Shown here: one piece after another, positions 42,198-50,817 of the stretch
Layout: each line of letters begins with the position of its first letter
Numbering within the stretch: position 1 is the stretch's first letter
DNA from: Bacteroidales bacterium
Lineage (GTDB): Bacteria > Bacteroidota > Bacteroidia > Bacteroidales > UBA3824
NCBI GenBank assembly: GCA_017417315.1
Contig: JAFPZK010000053.1
Span: forward strand, 31,798-95,797
Length of the DNA stretch: 64,000 nt
Direction of reading: 5' to 3'
Position numbers and translations under genes: made by a program
Notes under the pieces: generated by a model
Database searches by the model: none
The model's input: only the letters and a program-made list of their open reading frames with translations
Told to the model about the DNA's origin: nothing

Positions 42198-43343
42198 TTA
42201 ATGGTTAAACGGAGTTGTGGGTTCGGCGGCAAGGGCAAGTTTGGATTGCTGTTTGCGGCGGATAAGGATGCGGGCGTAAATACTTTGATACAATTCACCT
42301 GTTTGTCTATCTTTGAACGCTGCCACCTTCTTATCCACTAACGGATTATGTTTTCGATACAATGTTCCTTTGGCATTGAAAGTATACTTTCCTGTTGGAT
42401 TACCTTCTTTATCCAAAATTTCCATTTCTCTATTATTAAGAAAATCACAACTGCCAACAATGCCGAGTGCCTCTATTTCAAATTGGTCTGGATTGTATTT
42501 ATCCAAAAACGTAATTGGAACACCAATAGTCTGATAATAATCAGATGGTATTTCATTTGTAATATCAACATTTATAGCATCATAGTTTTCGTACTTCGGA
42601 TATTCTTTTGCATTAAACATTTTGTAGAGTATTAAATCCTCGTGACGTTCTTTGTAATCAAGATTTGTAAACCATCTAACACCCTTGACACGAATGTACT
42701 TGTTGCCATTTTCGTCTTGACGACATCCTGCCGCATTCAGTGGATAATCAGTAGGAACACCAAACTCCCTATCGCCACTATGAATACTTGCCCCAAGCCA
42801 AAGTTTATTATTCTTTATCAATTGAAATATTTCCTTATACGAAATTGCATTTACATTTCCTATTATGATAAACTTTTTGTTATATTCAATTAATTGCGCC
42901 ACATACTCGCGAAACAGAGAAAACGGCGGATTAGTTACTACTATGTCGGCTTGTTTCAAAAGTTCAATACATTCGGGGCTACGGAAATCACCGTCCCCTT
43001 TTAGATAATTAATTCCAATTTCCTCTGGGTCTGGTATTCTGTTGCCATTTTTGTCTCCATTATATTCGAGCCAAATAGCGCGTTCTGAATCACTTTTTGA
43101 AAACAGATCACGACTTTGGTTTTTGTAGCAAGTGGTTATAAGTTTCTTCAAGCCCAAGTGCTCAAAACTATAACTAAAATAATGAAAGAAGTTGCTGATA
43201 CGTGGGTCATCGCAATTACAAAGAACGGTCTTTCCTTTAAAGTGGTCTTTGTAATGTTTTAGTTCCAACTCAATATCAACAAGTTGAGTATAAAACTCAT
43301 CTTTTTTGGCTTTTTTTGCGTTCTTCAAATCGTTGTTTGCCAT
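42198..43343 (-). CDS. EcoRI-family adenine-specific DNA methyltransferase
   Basis: KKDEFYT, CNCDDP, GDGDFRS, VVTNPPFSLFREY, GVPITFLDKYNPDQF. Confidence 0.93.
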   Translation of the reverse strand: MANNDLKNAKKAKKDEFYTQLVDIELELKHYKDHFKGKTVLCNCDDPRISNFFHYFSYSFEHLGLKKLITTCYKNQSRDLFSKSDSERAIWLEYNGDKNGNRIPDPEEIGINYLKGDGDFRSPECIELLKQADIVVTNPPFSLFREYVAQLIEYNKKFIIIGNVNAISYKEIFQLIKNNKLWLGASIHSGDREFGVPTDYPLNAAGCRQDENGNKYIRVKGVRWFTNLDYKERHEDLILYKMFNAKEYPKYENYDAINVDITNEIPSDYYQTIGVPITFLDKYNPDQFEIEALGIVGSCDFLNNREMEILDKEGNPTGKYTFNAKGTLYRKHNPLVDKKVAAFKDRQTGELYQSIYARILIRRKQQSKLALAAEPTTPFNH

Positions 43344-43384
43344 TTTGATTGATAGTTTATCGCATTCGCTATCAATCACTTATC

Positions 43385-43606
43385 GGCATAAAATAAGGCG
43401 TGAGCCTTTCTATCACATTCACGAGGAGCGTCGCGAGAACCCCGTTGTACCCATAGAATTTGCCCACACCTTACGCGGTGCGAGCATTAACAAACTGGGT
43501 ACAACGGAAGAGTCTAAGACACTCTGCGAGTGAATTTTATTACTTCCGATTCAAAATCAAGAGTTTGCGACGCTTTTGTTTTGAATGTGAATAATAGTCA
43601 ATGCTT
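43385..43606 (-). ncRNA. Putative structured 5' leader RNA upstream of the EcoRI-family MTase gene
   Basis: Nested stems UCACAUUCA/UGAAUGUGA, AGCGUCGC/GCGACGCU, CCGUUGUACCCA/UGGGUACAACGG and hairpin GCUCGCACC/GGUGUGGGC; TAAATTTG promoter box at ~43689-43696. Confidence 0.6.
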
Positions 43607-43761
43607 TATATGTTAATAAATTCTGTCTGTTTTTATCTCATAAATAATTATGATTGGTTAAACAATTTGCTTTAATTAAGCAACGTTGCAAATTTAGCAA
43701 AACTTTTCGATACTTTGTTTATGTTCTCAAAAAAAAAAATTAAAACAGAGGTTGAAAGACA

Positions 43762-43804
43762 AAGGAAATGAATCGGTGACAAATTGTCACCAAATCATTT
43801 CCTT
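43762..43804. terminator. Inverted repeat downstream of dapF
   Basis: AAGGAAATGA..GGTGACAA-A-TTGTCACC..TCATTTCCTT. Confidence 0.55.
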
Positions 43805-43830
43805 CGAGAAATAACATCGTTGAATCACTT

Positions 43831-44667
43831 TCAATTCTCAACCACCACCTCTCCCTCAAACACCGTATTCGCCGTTCCTGACATCAACACTTGCTGTGTA
43901 GCGGGATTCCACGTGATATGTAGGCTTCCGCCGTCCATTTGGACGAGGCAGTTGTCGGGGGCGGTGAGGTTGGCCATTGCGCAGGCTACGGACGAGGCGC
44001 AAGCACCTGTGCCGCAGGCTTGTGTGATGCCGCTGCCACGTTCCCAAACTCGCATACGGATATGGTTGCGGTTGATTATTTGGACAAACTCTACATTGAT
44101 GCGGTCGGGAAATTTAGGGTCGGTTTCGAGACGTGCGCCGATGTTGGCAACGTCCACTGTTTCGGCGTTGTTGACAAAAAGAACAAGATGCGGATTGCCC
44201 ATATCTATCGCCGTGGCGGTGAATTTTTGACCGAGAACTTCTATTTCTTCGCCGTTGATTATGCCCGACGGAAGTGCCAACAATTTGCCTTCGCCCATCG
44301 ACACCGTTACTGTTTCTACCTCGCCCGACGGAGAGAGGTTTAGTTTCAGGGTTTTGATGCCGGAGAGGGTTTCGAGGCGGATGATGGTCTTGTCGGTCAA
44401 GCCTTTGTCGTATAGGTATTTGCCTATGCAGCGCGAGGCATTACCGCACATTTTGGCTTCTGAACCGTCGGCGTTAAAAATGCGCATACTGAAATCGCCG
44501 GCAGAAGATTTTCCGATGAGGACTATGCCGTCGCCGCCGATACCTTTGTGACGGTCGCTGAGCGTTACCGACAAAGCATTTGGATTGGGCAATGGGTGGT
44601 CTATTACATTGAAATAGATGTAATCGTTGCCCAAACCGTGCATCTTTGTAAAATGTAATTTTTGCAT
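43831..44667 (-). CDS. dapF: Diaminopimelate epimerase
   Basis: FTKMHGLGNDY, MCGNASRC, MGNPH, ERGSGITQACGTGA. Confidence 0.97.
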   Translation of the reverse strand: MQKLHFTKMHGLGNDYIYFNVIDHPLPNPNALSVTLSDRHKGIGGDGIVLIGKSSAGDFSMRIFNADGSEAKMCGNASRCIGKYLYDKGLTDKTIIRLETLSGIKTLKLNLSPSGEVETVTVSMGEGKLLALPSGIINGEEIEVLGQKFTATAIDMGNPHLVLFVNNAETVDVANIGARLETDPKFPDRINVEFVQIINRNHIRMRVWERGSGITQACGTGACASSVACAMANLTAPDNCLVQMDGGSLHITWNPATQQVLMSGTANTVFEGEVVVEN

Positions 44668-44742
44668 ACTTTTTATTTTAAACTACGAAAAACGCGAAAA
44701 GCACGAAAAATTTTAGCGTTTTTCGTGTTTTTCGTAGTTAGA

Positions 44743-46083
44743 TTATTTCAAAAATTTATCCACTGCTTCGGCGGTTTTGCGGCCAGAGGCGATGGCGCGG
44801 ACCACGAGAGATGCGCCCGATTGAGCGTCGCCAGCAAGGAAAACGTTGTCGGCAAACTGCGGATGTTCGGGTTTGAGAAATCCCATTGCAAGAAGCACCA
44901 TCTCACATTCGATAACTTCTTTTTTGCCAGTGGGTTTCATTGTGGGGCGACCTCCGTCTTGTGCGGGAATCCATTCAACTTCCTCTACTTCAACGCCTTT
45001 GAGGTTGCCATCGTTGTCGCCGATAAACTTGTTGGATGTGAGGCACCAACGGCGGGTGCAGCCTTCTTCGTGGCTTGTGGTGGTTTTGAGGATGACAGGC
45101 CAATTGGGCCAAGGTGTGGCAGGGTTGTGTCCCTCGGGCGGTTTGGGCATAATCTCAATCTGGGTAACGCTCTTTGCGCCCTGACGGTGACAAGTGCCTA
45201 TACAGTCGCTGCCGGTGTCGCCGCCGCCGATTACAAGCACGCGCTTGCCTTTGGCGTTTACAAGTTCCTCTTTCTTAAAGGTTTTGCCTGCGAGAATCTC
45301 GTTTTGCTGAGTGAGCATCTGCAATGCGAAATATATGCCTTTGAGTTCACGTCCCTCGATTTTGAGGTCGCGGGCGGTGGGAGTGCCTGTTGCAATTACG
45401 TATGCGTCAAAACCTTGCGGAAGTTTTTGCGGGTCGATGGTTTCGCCAAATTTAAATTCAATACCTTCTTCTCGCATAAGGTTGGTGCGGCGTGTTACCA
45501 CGTATTTGTCTAATTTAAAGTTTGGTATGCCGTAGCGAACAAGTCCGCCTGCATCTTCCATTTTGTCGAAAATAGTTACCTTGTAGCCGCGTTTGTTGAG
45601 TTGCACAGCGGTGGACAAACCTGCCGGACCTGCGCCAATAACAGCCACTTTTTTGCCGTTTCTTTTATATGTTTTGGGCTGAATAAAGCCTTCGGCAAAA
45701 GCCTTTTCGATGATGGAACATTCGTTTTCGCGTATGGTTACGGGAGCGTCGATGCAGTGGTTGAGAACGCAACTTTTTTCGCAGAGGGCGGGACAGATAC
45801 GACCTGTAAACTCCGGAAAATCATTGGTTTCGGAGAGAATTTTGTATGCCAATTCCCATTTACCTTTGTAAACGGCATCTTGCCATTCGGGTTGCCTATT
45901 GCCGAGCGGACAAGCCCAATGACAGAAAGGCACGCCGCAGTCCATACATCTCGAAGTCTGCAAAATTCTACCTCCCTCGTTGAGAGTTTGTTCCACCTCG
46001 CTGAAATCTTTGATTCGCTCGTGAACGGGGCGGTGTCCCGATTCTTGTCGGGGTATTGTGATGAATGCTTTTGGATTTCCCAT
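44743..46083 (-). CDS. gltD: Glutamate synthase small subunit
   Basis: RCMDCGVPFC, FTGRICPA, GAGPAGL, GGGDTGSDC. Confidence 0.97.
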   Translation of the reverse strand: MGNPKAFITIPRQESGHRPVHERIKDFSEVEQTLNEGGRILQTSRCMDCGVPFCHWACPLGNRQPEWQDAVYKGKWELAYKILSETNDFPEFTGRICPALCEKSCVLNHCIDAPVTIRENECSIIEKAFAEGFIQPKTYKRNGKKVAVIGAGPAGLSTAVQLNKRGYKVTIFDKMEDAGGLVRYGIPNFKLDKYVVTRRTNLMREEGIEFKFGETIDPQKLPQGFDAYVIATGTPTARDLKIEGRELKGIYFALQMLTQQNEILAGKTFKKEELVNAKGKRVLVIGGGDTGSDCIGTCHRQGAKSVTQIEIMPKPPEGHNPATPWPNWPVILKTTTSHEEGCTRRWCLTSNKFIGDNDGNLKGVEVEEVEWIPAQDGGRPTMKPTGKKEVIECEMVLLAMGFLKPEHPQFADNVFLAGDAQSGASLVVRAIASGRKTAEAVDKFLK

Positions 46084-46102
46084 TTCTTAATCCTCCCTCT
46101 TT

Positions 46103-49100
46103 TTACTCTTGTTGAACGTTTTTCATTTTTTTCTCAATTTCGCGCAGAGCCTCTTCGTGGAGCACGCGCTTGTATTCGATAGGCGTTACCTGAATGAACT
46201 CCTCGATGTATTTGTCCCAATCGTCGAGCATACGTTTTGCCAAGGGCGAATTTGTGTGCTTGTAGTGGTTTTCGATGAGGGCGCGAAGTTCGTTGCGACG
46301 GGCTTTTTCTTCAATAAGGCTGAGTTCAATCATATCCATATTGCAGTAGTAGTCGAAGTTGTGGTTTTTGTCCCACACGTAAGCCAAACCGCCCGACATA
46401 CCGGCTGCAAAGTTTCGTCCCGTAGTGCCGAGCACCACCACGCGACCGCCTGTCATATATTCGCAGCAATGATCGCCCGTGCCCTCTACCACGGCTGTGG
46501 CACCTGAGTTGCGCACTGCAAAACGTTCGCCTACACGTCCGTTGATGTAAATTTCGCCTGATGTTGCGCCGTAAAGTATTGTGTTGCCGGCAATTATATT
46601 TTCTTCAGGGGCAAATATAGCGTTGTGAGCCGGGTAAATGCTTATTGAGCCGCCCGAAAGACCTTTGCCCACATAGTCGTTGGCCTCGCCTTCGAGTTTG
46701 AAGTTGACACCTTTGGCAAGGAACGCTCCGAAACTCTGTCCTGCCGAACCACGGAATTGGATGTTGATAGTGCCGTCGGGAAGTCCGTTGCAACCATATT
46801 TCTTGGCTATTGTGCCAGAGAGCATTGCGCCCACTGCACGGTCGGTGTTGATGATGTTGTAATATAGACTTACGGGACGTTTGGTGTCCATTGCCTCGGC
46901 TGTGCCTGTGATAATCTTGTTGTCGAGCACCTCGGGCAGAGTGTGGCAGTTGTCCTGAGTTTTGAAAACATCTGCGCCGTTGTTGATGCGTGTGAGCATC
47001 TTGGCAAAGTCGAGAGTGCGGGTCTTGTCGGTAAACTTGGTCTGATCAATTTCGATGAGGTCGGTGCGGCTGATGATGTCGCTGAACTTGCGGAATCCCA
47101 TCTGAGCCAAATACTCTCTAACCTCTTGGGCAAGAAACATATAGTAGTTTACGAGATATTCGCTGCGGCCGAGGAAACGCTCGCGGAGTTTGGGGTCTTG
47201 TGTAGCCACGCCCACGGGACAAGCATTGGTATGACATTTACGCATTAATACACAGCCAAGCACTATCAACTGAGCCGTTCCGAAGCCGAACTCGCCTGCG
47301 CCGAGAAGTGCCATTGCGATGACGTCGCGACCTGTTTTTAACTGTCCGTCTACCTGAACCTCCACCTGCGAACGAAGGTTGTTTAAAACCAAAGTCTGCT
47401 GAGTTTCGGCAAGTCCTATTTCGGGCGAAATTCCCGCGTAACGTATTGACGATGCGGGAGATGCACCCGTGCCGCCTTCTGCGCCGGAGATGACAATCAG
47501 GTCGGCTTTGGCTTTTGCAACGCCTGCCGCAATTGTTCCCACGCCGGTTTCGGCAACGAGTTTTACGCTTATTTTGGCTTTGGGGTTAACGTTGCGGAGG
47601 TCGTAAATCAACTGTGCAAGGTCTTCGATAGAGTAAATATCGTGGTGAGGCGGGGGCGAAATGAGCGAGATTCCCGGAATAGAGTTACGAGTTTTGGCAA
47701 TCACCTCGTTAACCTTAAATCCGGGCAACTGACCACCCTCGCCGGGTTTTGCGCCCTGAGCCACTTTAATTTGAATTTCAGAGGCGTTTACAAGGTATTC
47801 TGCCGTTACACCAAAACGTCCGCTTGCCACCTGCTTGATGGCACTGCTGAGCGAAACTCCGTCTTTCTTTTCGTAGAAACGGGCATTGTCTTCGCCGCCT
47901 TCGCCAGTGTTGCTGCGGCTCTGTAATTTATTGAGTGCAAGAGCGATAGCCTCGTGAGCCTCTTTGCTTATTGCTCCGAACGACATTGCCGCACCGATAA
48001 AGCGTTTAACAATGTTTTCGGCGGGTTCTACCTCGTCGATAGAAATTGGATTAGTCTTGAATTTGAAATAATCGCGCAAGAAAATGGGTTCGGGCTTGTT
48101 GTCGATGATTGAGGTAAACTCTTTGAATTTCTGATAGTTGCCGGTGCGCGTAGAAATTTGCAGTGCGGCGATTGCCTCGGGAGTCCAGGCGTGGCGTATG
48201 CCGTCCTTGCGGAAGGAAAACTGTCCGATGTAGGGCAGGAGTTTTTCGTCGTCAACCTCTGTGTCAAAGCCTTGCGCGTGCATGCGGATTGCGTCTTTGG
48301 CGATGTAGTCGAGACCGACGCCGCCAACGCTGCATTTCCTTGTGCCGAAGTATTTGGTGAGGAACTCGCCGCCGAGTCCGATGGATTCAAAGATTTTTGC
48401 GCCACGGAACGAGCGTATGGTGCTGATGCCCATCTTGCTCATTATTTTGAGCAGGCCCTTGTCGATGGCCTTGATGTAGTTCTTTTCGGCGGTGGCGTAG
48501 TCGAGTTGGAGTTCGTCGTTCTTTACGAGGTCGTCGATGACTGCAAAAGCCATGTAGGGGTTGATTGCGCTTGCGCCAAAACCGAGCAGCAACGCCGCGT
48601 GCATTACCTCGCGGATTTCGCCCGATTCTACAATCAGGGCTGTCTGAACACGTTTTTTGATGCTTACAAGGTAATGGTGAATGGCACTTACAGCCAAGAG
48701 CGACGGAATTGCGGCGTGGTCTTTGTCGATGCCACGGTCGCTGAGGATTATGTAGTTAATTCCTTTGTCAACAGAGAGTTCCGCCTCTTTGCAAAGCCGT
48801 TCGATTGCCTCTTCAAGACCTTGCGCACCTTTTGACTTTTCGAAAAGAATCGGCAGTTTTTCGGTGTTGAAACCCTTGTAACGGATATTGCAGAGGGTGT
48901 CGAGTTCGGTGTTGGTGAGCACGGGCTGCGGCAGACGAACCATCTTGCAGTTGCTCGGGTCGGGGTTGAGGATGCTCATACTTACCGCGCCGATATATTC
49001 GGTGAGCGACATCACAAGTTCCTCGCGGATGGGGTCGATAGGCGGGTTGGTAACCTGCGCAAACTGTTGGCGGAAATAGTTGAACAACAATTGCGGACGA

Positions 49101-50572
49101 TCGGACAGCACAGCCAACTGAGTGTCGTTGCCCATAGAAGCGAGCGGCTCTTGCGCATTGGCACACATAGGAGTAATGGTGCGTTCGATATCCTCGCGGG
49201 TAAAGTCAAAACAGCGGAGTTTTTGTTTAAAATTGTCTACCGTGTTGGCAGCGTGACGGCCTGAGTGCAGTTTGGCAAGTTCGATACGGTTTTCTTGCAG
49301 CCATCCCGAATAATCGCACTCGTCGGCAAGTTGCTGTTTGATTTCGTCGTTGGAATGAATGATGCCTGTTTCGGTGTCGATAAGCACCATTTTGCCGGGT
49401 TTGAGGCGACCGTTAACCTTGATTTTGTCGGCGTCGATATGCAGACAGCCAACCTCAGACGAAAGGATAAGTTTTCCGTCGGTGGTGATTGCGTAACGGG
49501 CAGGACGAAGACCATTTCTGTCGAGCATTCCACCTGCATAGCGACCGTCGGTAAAGATGAGGGCTGCAGGACCGTCCCAAGGCTCCATCAATATGGAGTG
49601 ATATTCGTAGAACGCCTTGATTTTGGCGCTTATAGGATTCTTTTCGTTAAACGATTCGGGCACCATCATAGCCATAGCGTGGGGCAGGCTCATTCCTGAG
49701 CGAACAAAGAATTCGAGCACATTGTCGAACGCTGCGCTGTCGCTCATATCTGCCTGAATAATAGGCGAGAAGTTTTCTAATCCGCCCAAAGCCTCGGAGC
49801 GGAGAACGCTTTCGCGAGCCTCCATCCATTTGCGGTTGCCACGGATGGTGTTGATTTCGCCGTTGTGGGCAAGCATACGGAAAGGCTGTGCCAATGGCCA
49901 AGTGGGGAATGTGTTGGTGCTGAAACGTGAGTGCACAAGGGCAAGACCGCTTGTGAAGTTCGGGTTTGAAAGGTCGTTGTAATACTGTCTTAATTGCATC
50001 GACGACAGCATACCTTTGTATATGATTGTTCTATTTGAAAGCGAGACAACGTAGAAATCATTGTCTTGGATTTTTGCCTCGATACGTTTGCGTAGGAGGT
50101 AAAGTTGGGTTTCGAAACGTGCAACATCGTCGGCGCCTGTGATAAAGATTTGGACGATACGTGGTTCGGCAGCGTGAGCCTCCTCGCCGAGAATGTCGGA
50201 ATTAACGGGCACTTCGCGCACTTTTAAAAGTTCGAGACCTGCGTTTTCGGTTTCTTCAATAATGGCGGCTAAATATTTGTCGCCGAGTGCTTTATCTTTG
50301 GGCAGGAACACCATTCCCGCGCCATATTTAAGTTTTTCGGGCACGGGAATGCCCTGCAATAGGATAAATTCGTGCGGAATTTGCACGAGAATACCGGCAC
50401 CGTCGCCGGTTTTGTTGTCGGCAGCCTCAGCACCGCGGTGTTTGAGGTTTTCGAGCACAGTAAGTGCGTCTGCCACAAGTTGGTGAGTCTTGTTACCCTT
50501 CAAATCAACGAGCAAACCGATACCGCAAGCATCGTGTTCGTTTTCTTGGGAGTATAATCCTATGTCTGTCAT
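46103..50572 (-). CDS. gltB: Glutamate synthase large subunit
   Basis: EHDACG, HSRFSTNT, AQGAKPGEGGQL, SPPPHHDIYSIEDL, GERFAVRNSG. Confidence 0.98.
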   Translation of the reverse strand: MTDIGLYSQENEHDACGIGLLVDLKGNKTHQLVADALTVLENLKHRGAEAADNKTGDGAGILVQIPHEFILLQGIPVPEKLKYGAGMVFLPKDKALGDKYLAAIIEETENAGLELLKVREVPVNSDILGEEAHAAEPRIVQIFITGADDVARFETQLYLLRKRIEAKIQDNDFYVVSLSNRTIIYKGMLSSMQLRQYYNDLSNPNFTSGLALVHSRFSTNTFPTWPLAQPFRMLAHNGEINTIRGNRKWMEARESVLRSEALGGLENFSPIIQADMSDSAAFDNVLEFFVRSGMSLPHAMAMMVPESFNEKNPISAKIKAFYEYHSILMEPWDGPAALIFTDGRYAGGMLDRNGLRPARYAITTDGKLILSSEVGCLHIDADKIKVNGRLKPGKMVLIDTETGIIHSNDEIKQQLADECDYSGWLQENRIELAKLHSGRHAANTVDNFKQKLRCFDFTREDIERTITPMCANAQEPLASMGNDTQLAVLSDRPQLLFNYFRQQFAQVTNPPIDPIREELVMSLTEYIGAVSMSILNPDPSNCKMVRLPQPVLTNTELDTLCNIRYKGFNTEKLPILFEKSKGAQGLEEAIERLCKEAELSVDKGINYIILSDRGIDKDHAAIPSLLAVSAIHHYLVSIKKRVQTALIVESGEIREVMHAALLLGFGASAINPYMAFAVIDDLVKNDELQLDYATAEKNYIKAIDKGLLKIMSKMGISTIRSFRGAKIFESIGLGGEFLTKYFGTRKCSVGGVGLDYIAKDAIRMHAQGFDTEVDDEKLLPYIGQFSFRKDGIRHAWTPEAIAALQISTRTGNYQKFKEFTSIIDNKPEPIFLRDYFKFKTNPISIDEVEPAENIVKRFIGAAMSFGAISKEAHEAIALALNKLQSRSNTGEGGEDNARFYEKKDGVSLSSAIKQVASGRFGVTAEYLVNASEIQIKVAQGAKPGEGGQLPGFKVNEVIAKTRNSIPGISLISPPPHHDIYSIEDLAQLIYDLRNVNPKAKISVKLVAETGVGTIAAGVAKAKADLIVISGAEGGTGASPASSIRYAGISPEIGLAETQQTLVLNNLRSQVEVQVDGQLKTGRDVIAMALLGAGEFGFGTAQLIVLGCVLMRKCHTNACPVGVATQDPKLRERFLGRSEYLVNYYMFLAQEVREYLAQMGFRKFSDIISRTDLIEIDQTKFTDKTRTLDFAKMLTRINNGADVFKTQDNCHTLPEVLDNKIITGTAEAMDTKRPVSLYYNIINTDRAVGAMLSGTIAKKYGCNGLPDGTINIQFRGSAGQSFGAFLAKGVNFKLEGEANDYVGKGLSGGSISIYPAHNAIFAPEENIIAGNTILYGATSGEIYINGRVGERFAVRNSGATAVVEGTGDHCCEYMTGGRVVVLGTTGRNFAAGMSGGLAYVWDKNHNFDYYCNMDMIELSLIEEKARRNELRALIENHYKHTNSPLAKRMLDDWDKYIEEFIQVTPIEYKRVLHEEALREIEKKMKNVQQE

Positions 50573-50599
50573 TTGCGTTTTGTTTTGATTTTTACACAA

Positions 50600-50730
50600 C
50601 GCAAAGTTACGGCGGCAACGTTTTTTGTGCAATACCGATTGTTCGTAATGGGTTATAAAATTTTATACGTATTTTTACGAAGGGCAGATACGAGAATTGC
50701 GGATGGCAGGGTACGGGAAATACGGAAGGG
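50600..50730 (-). promoter_or_regulatory. gltB promoter with repeated TACG boxes; homologous to the glnA upstream region
   Basis: -7 box TAACTTTG at 50602-50609 (minus strand); 28-bp block TGTGCAATACCGATTGTTCGTAATGGGT identical to 61893-61920. Confidence 0.75.
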
Positions 50731-50817
50731 GGGAGAGATTTATATTTAATGAAGAAAAATTTTTCCTTTTACGCAAATTATGCTAATTTTGCAAGTGTTG
50801 TAAACACGCAAAATATT

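Noticed and set aside
43306-43533. 75-aa plus-strand ORF across leader B
   Set aside because: It has a TTG start, overlaps the MTase start on the opposite strand and has no motifs; the RNA structure explains the region better.
38945-43606. Retron msr-msd, DGR, or type III TA antitoxin interpretation of the structured elements
   Set aside because: No reverse transcriptase, template/variable repeat pair, ToxN-like gene or tandem RNA repeats are present in the window.
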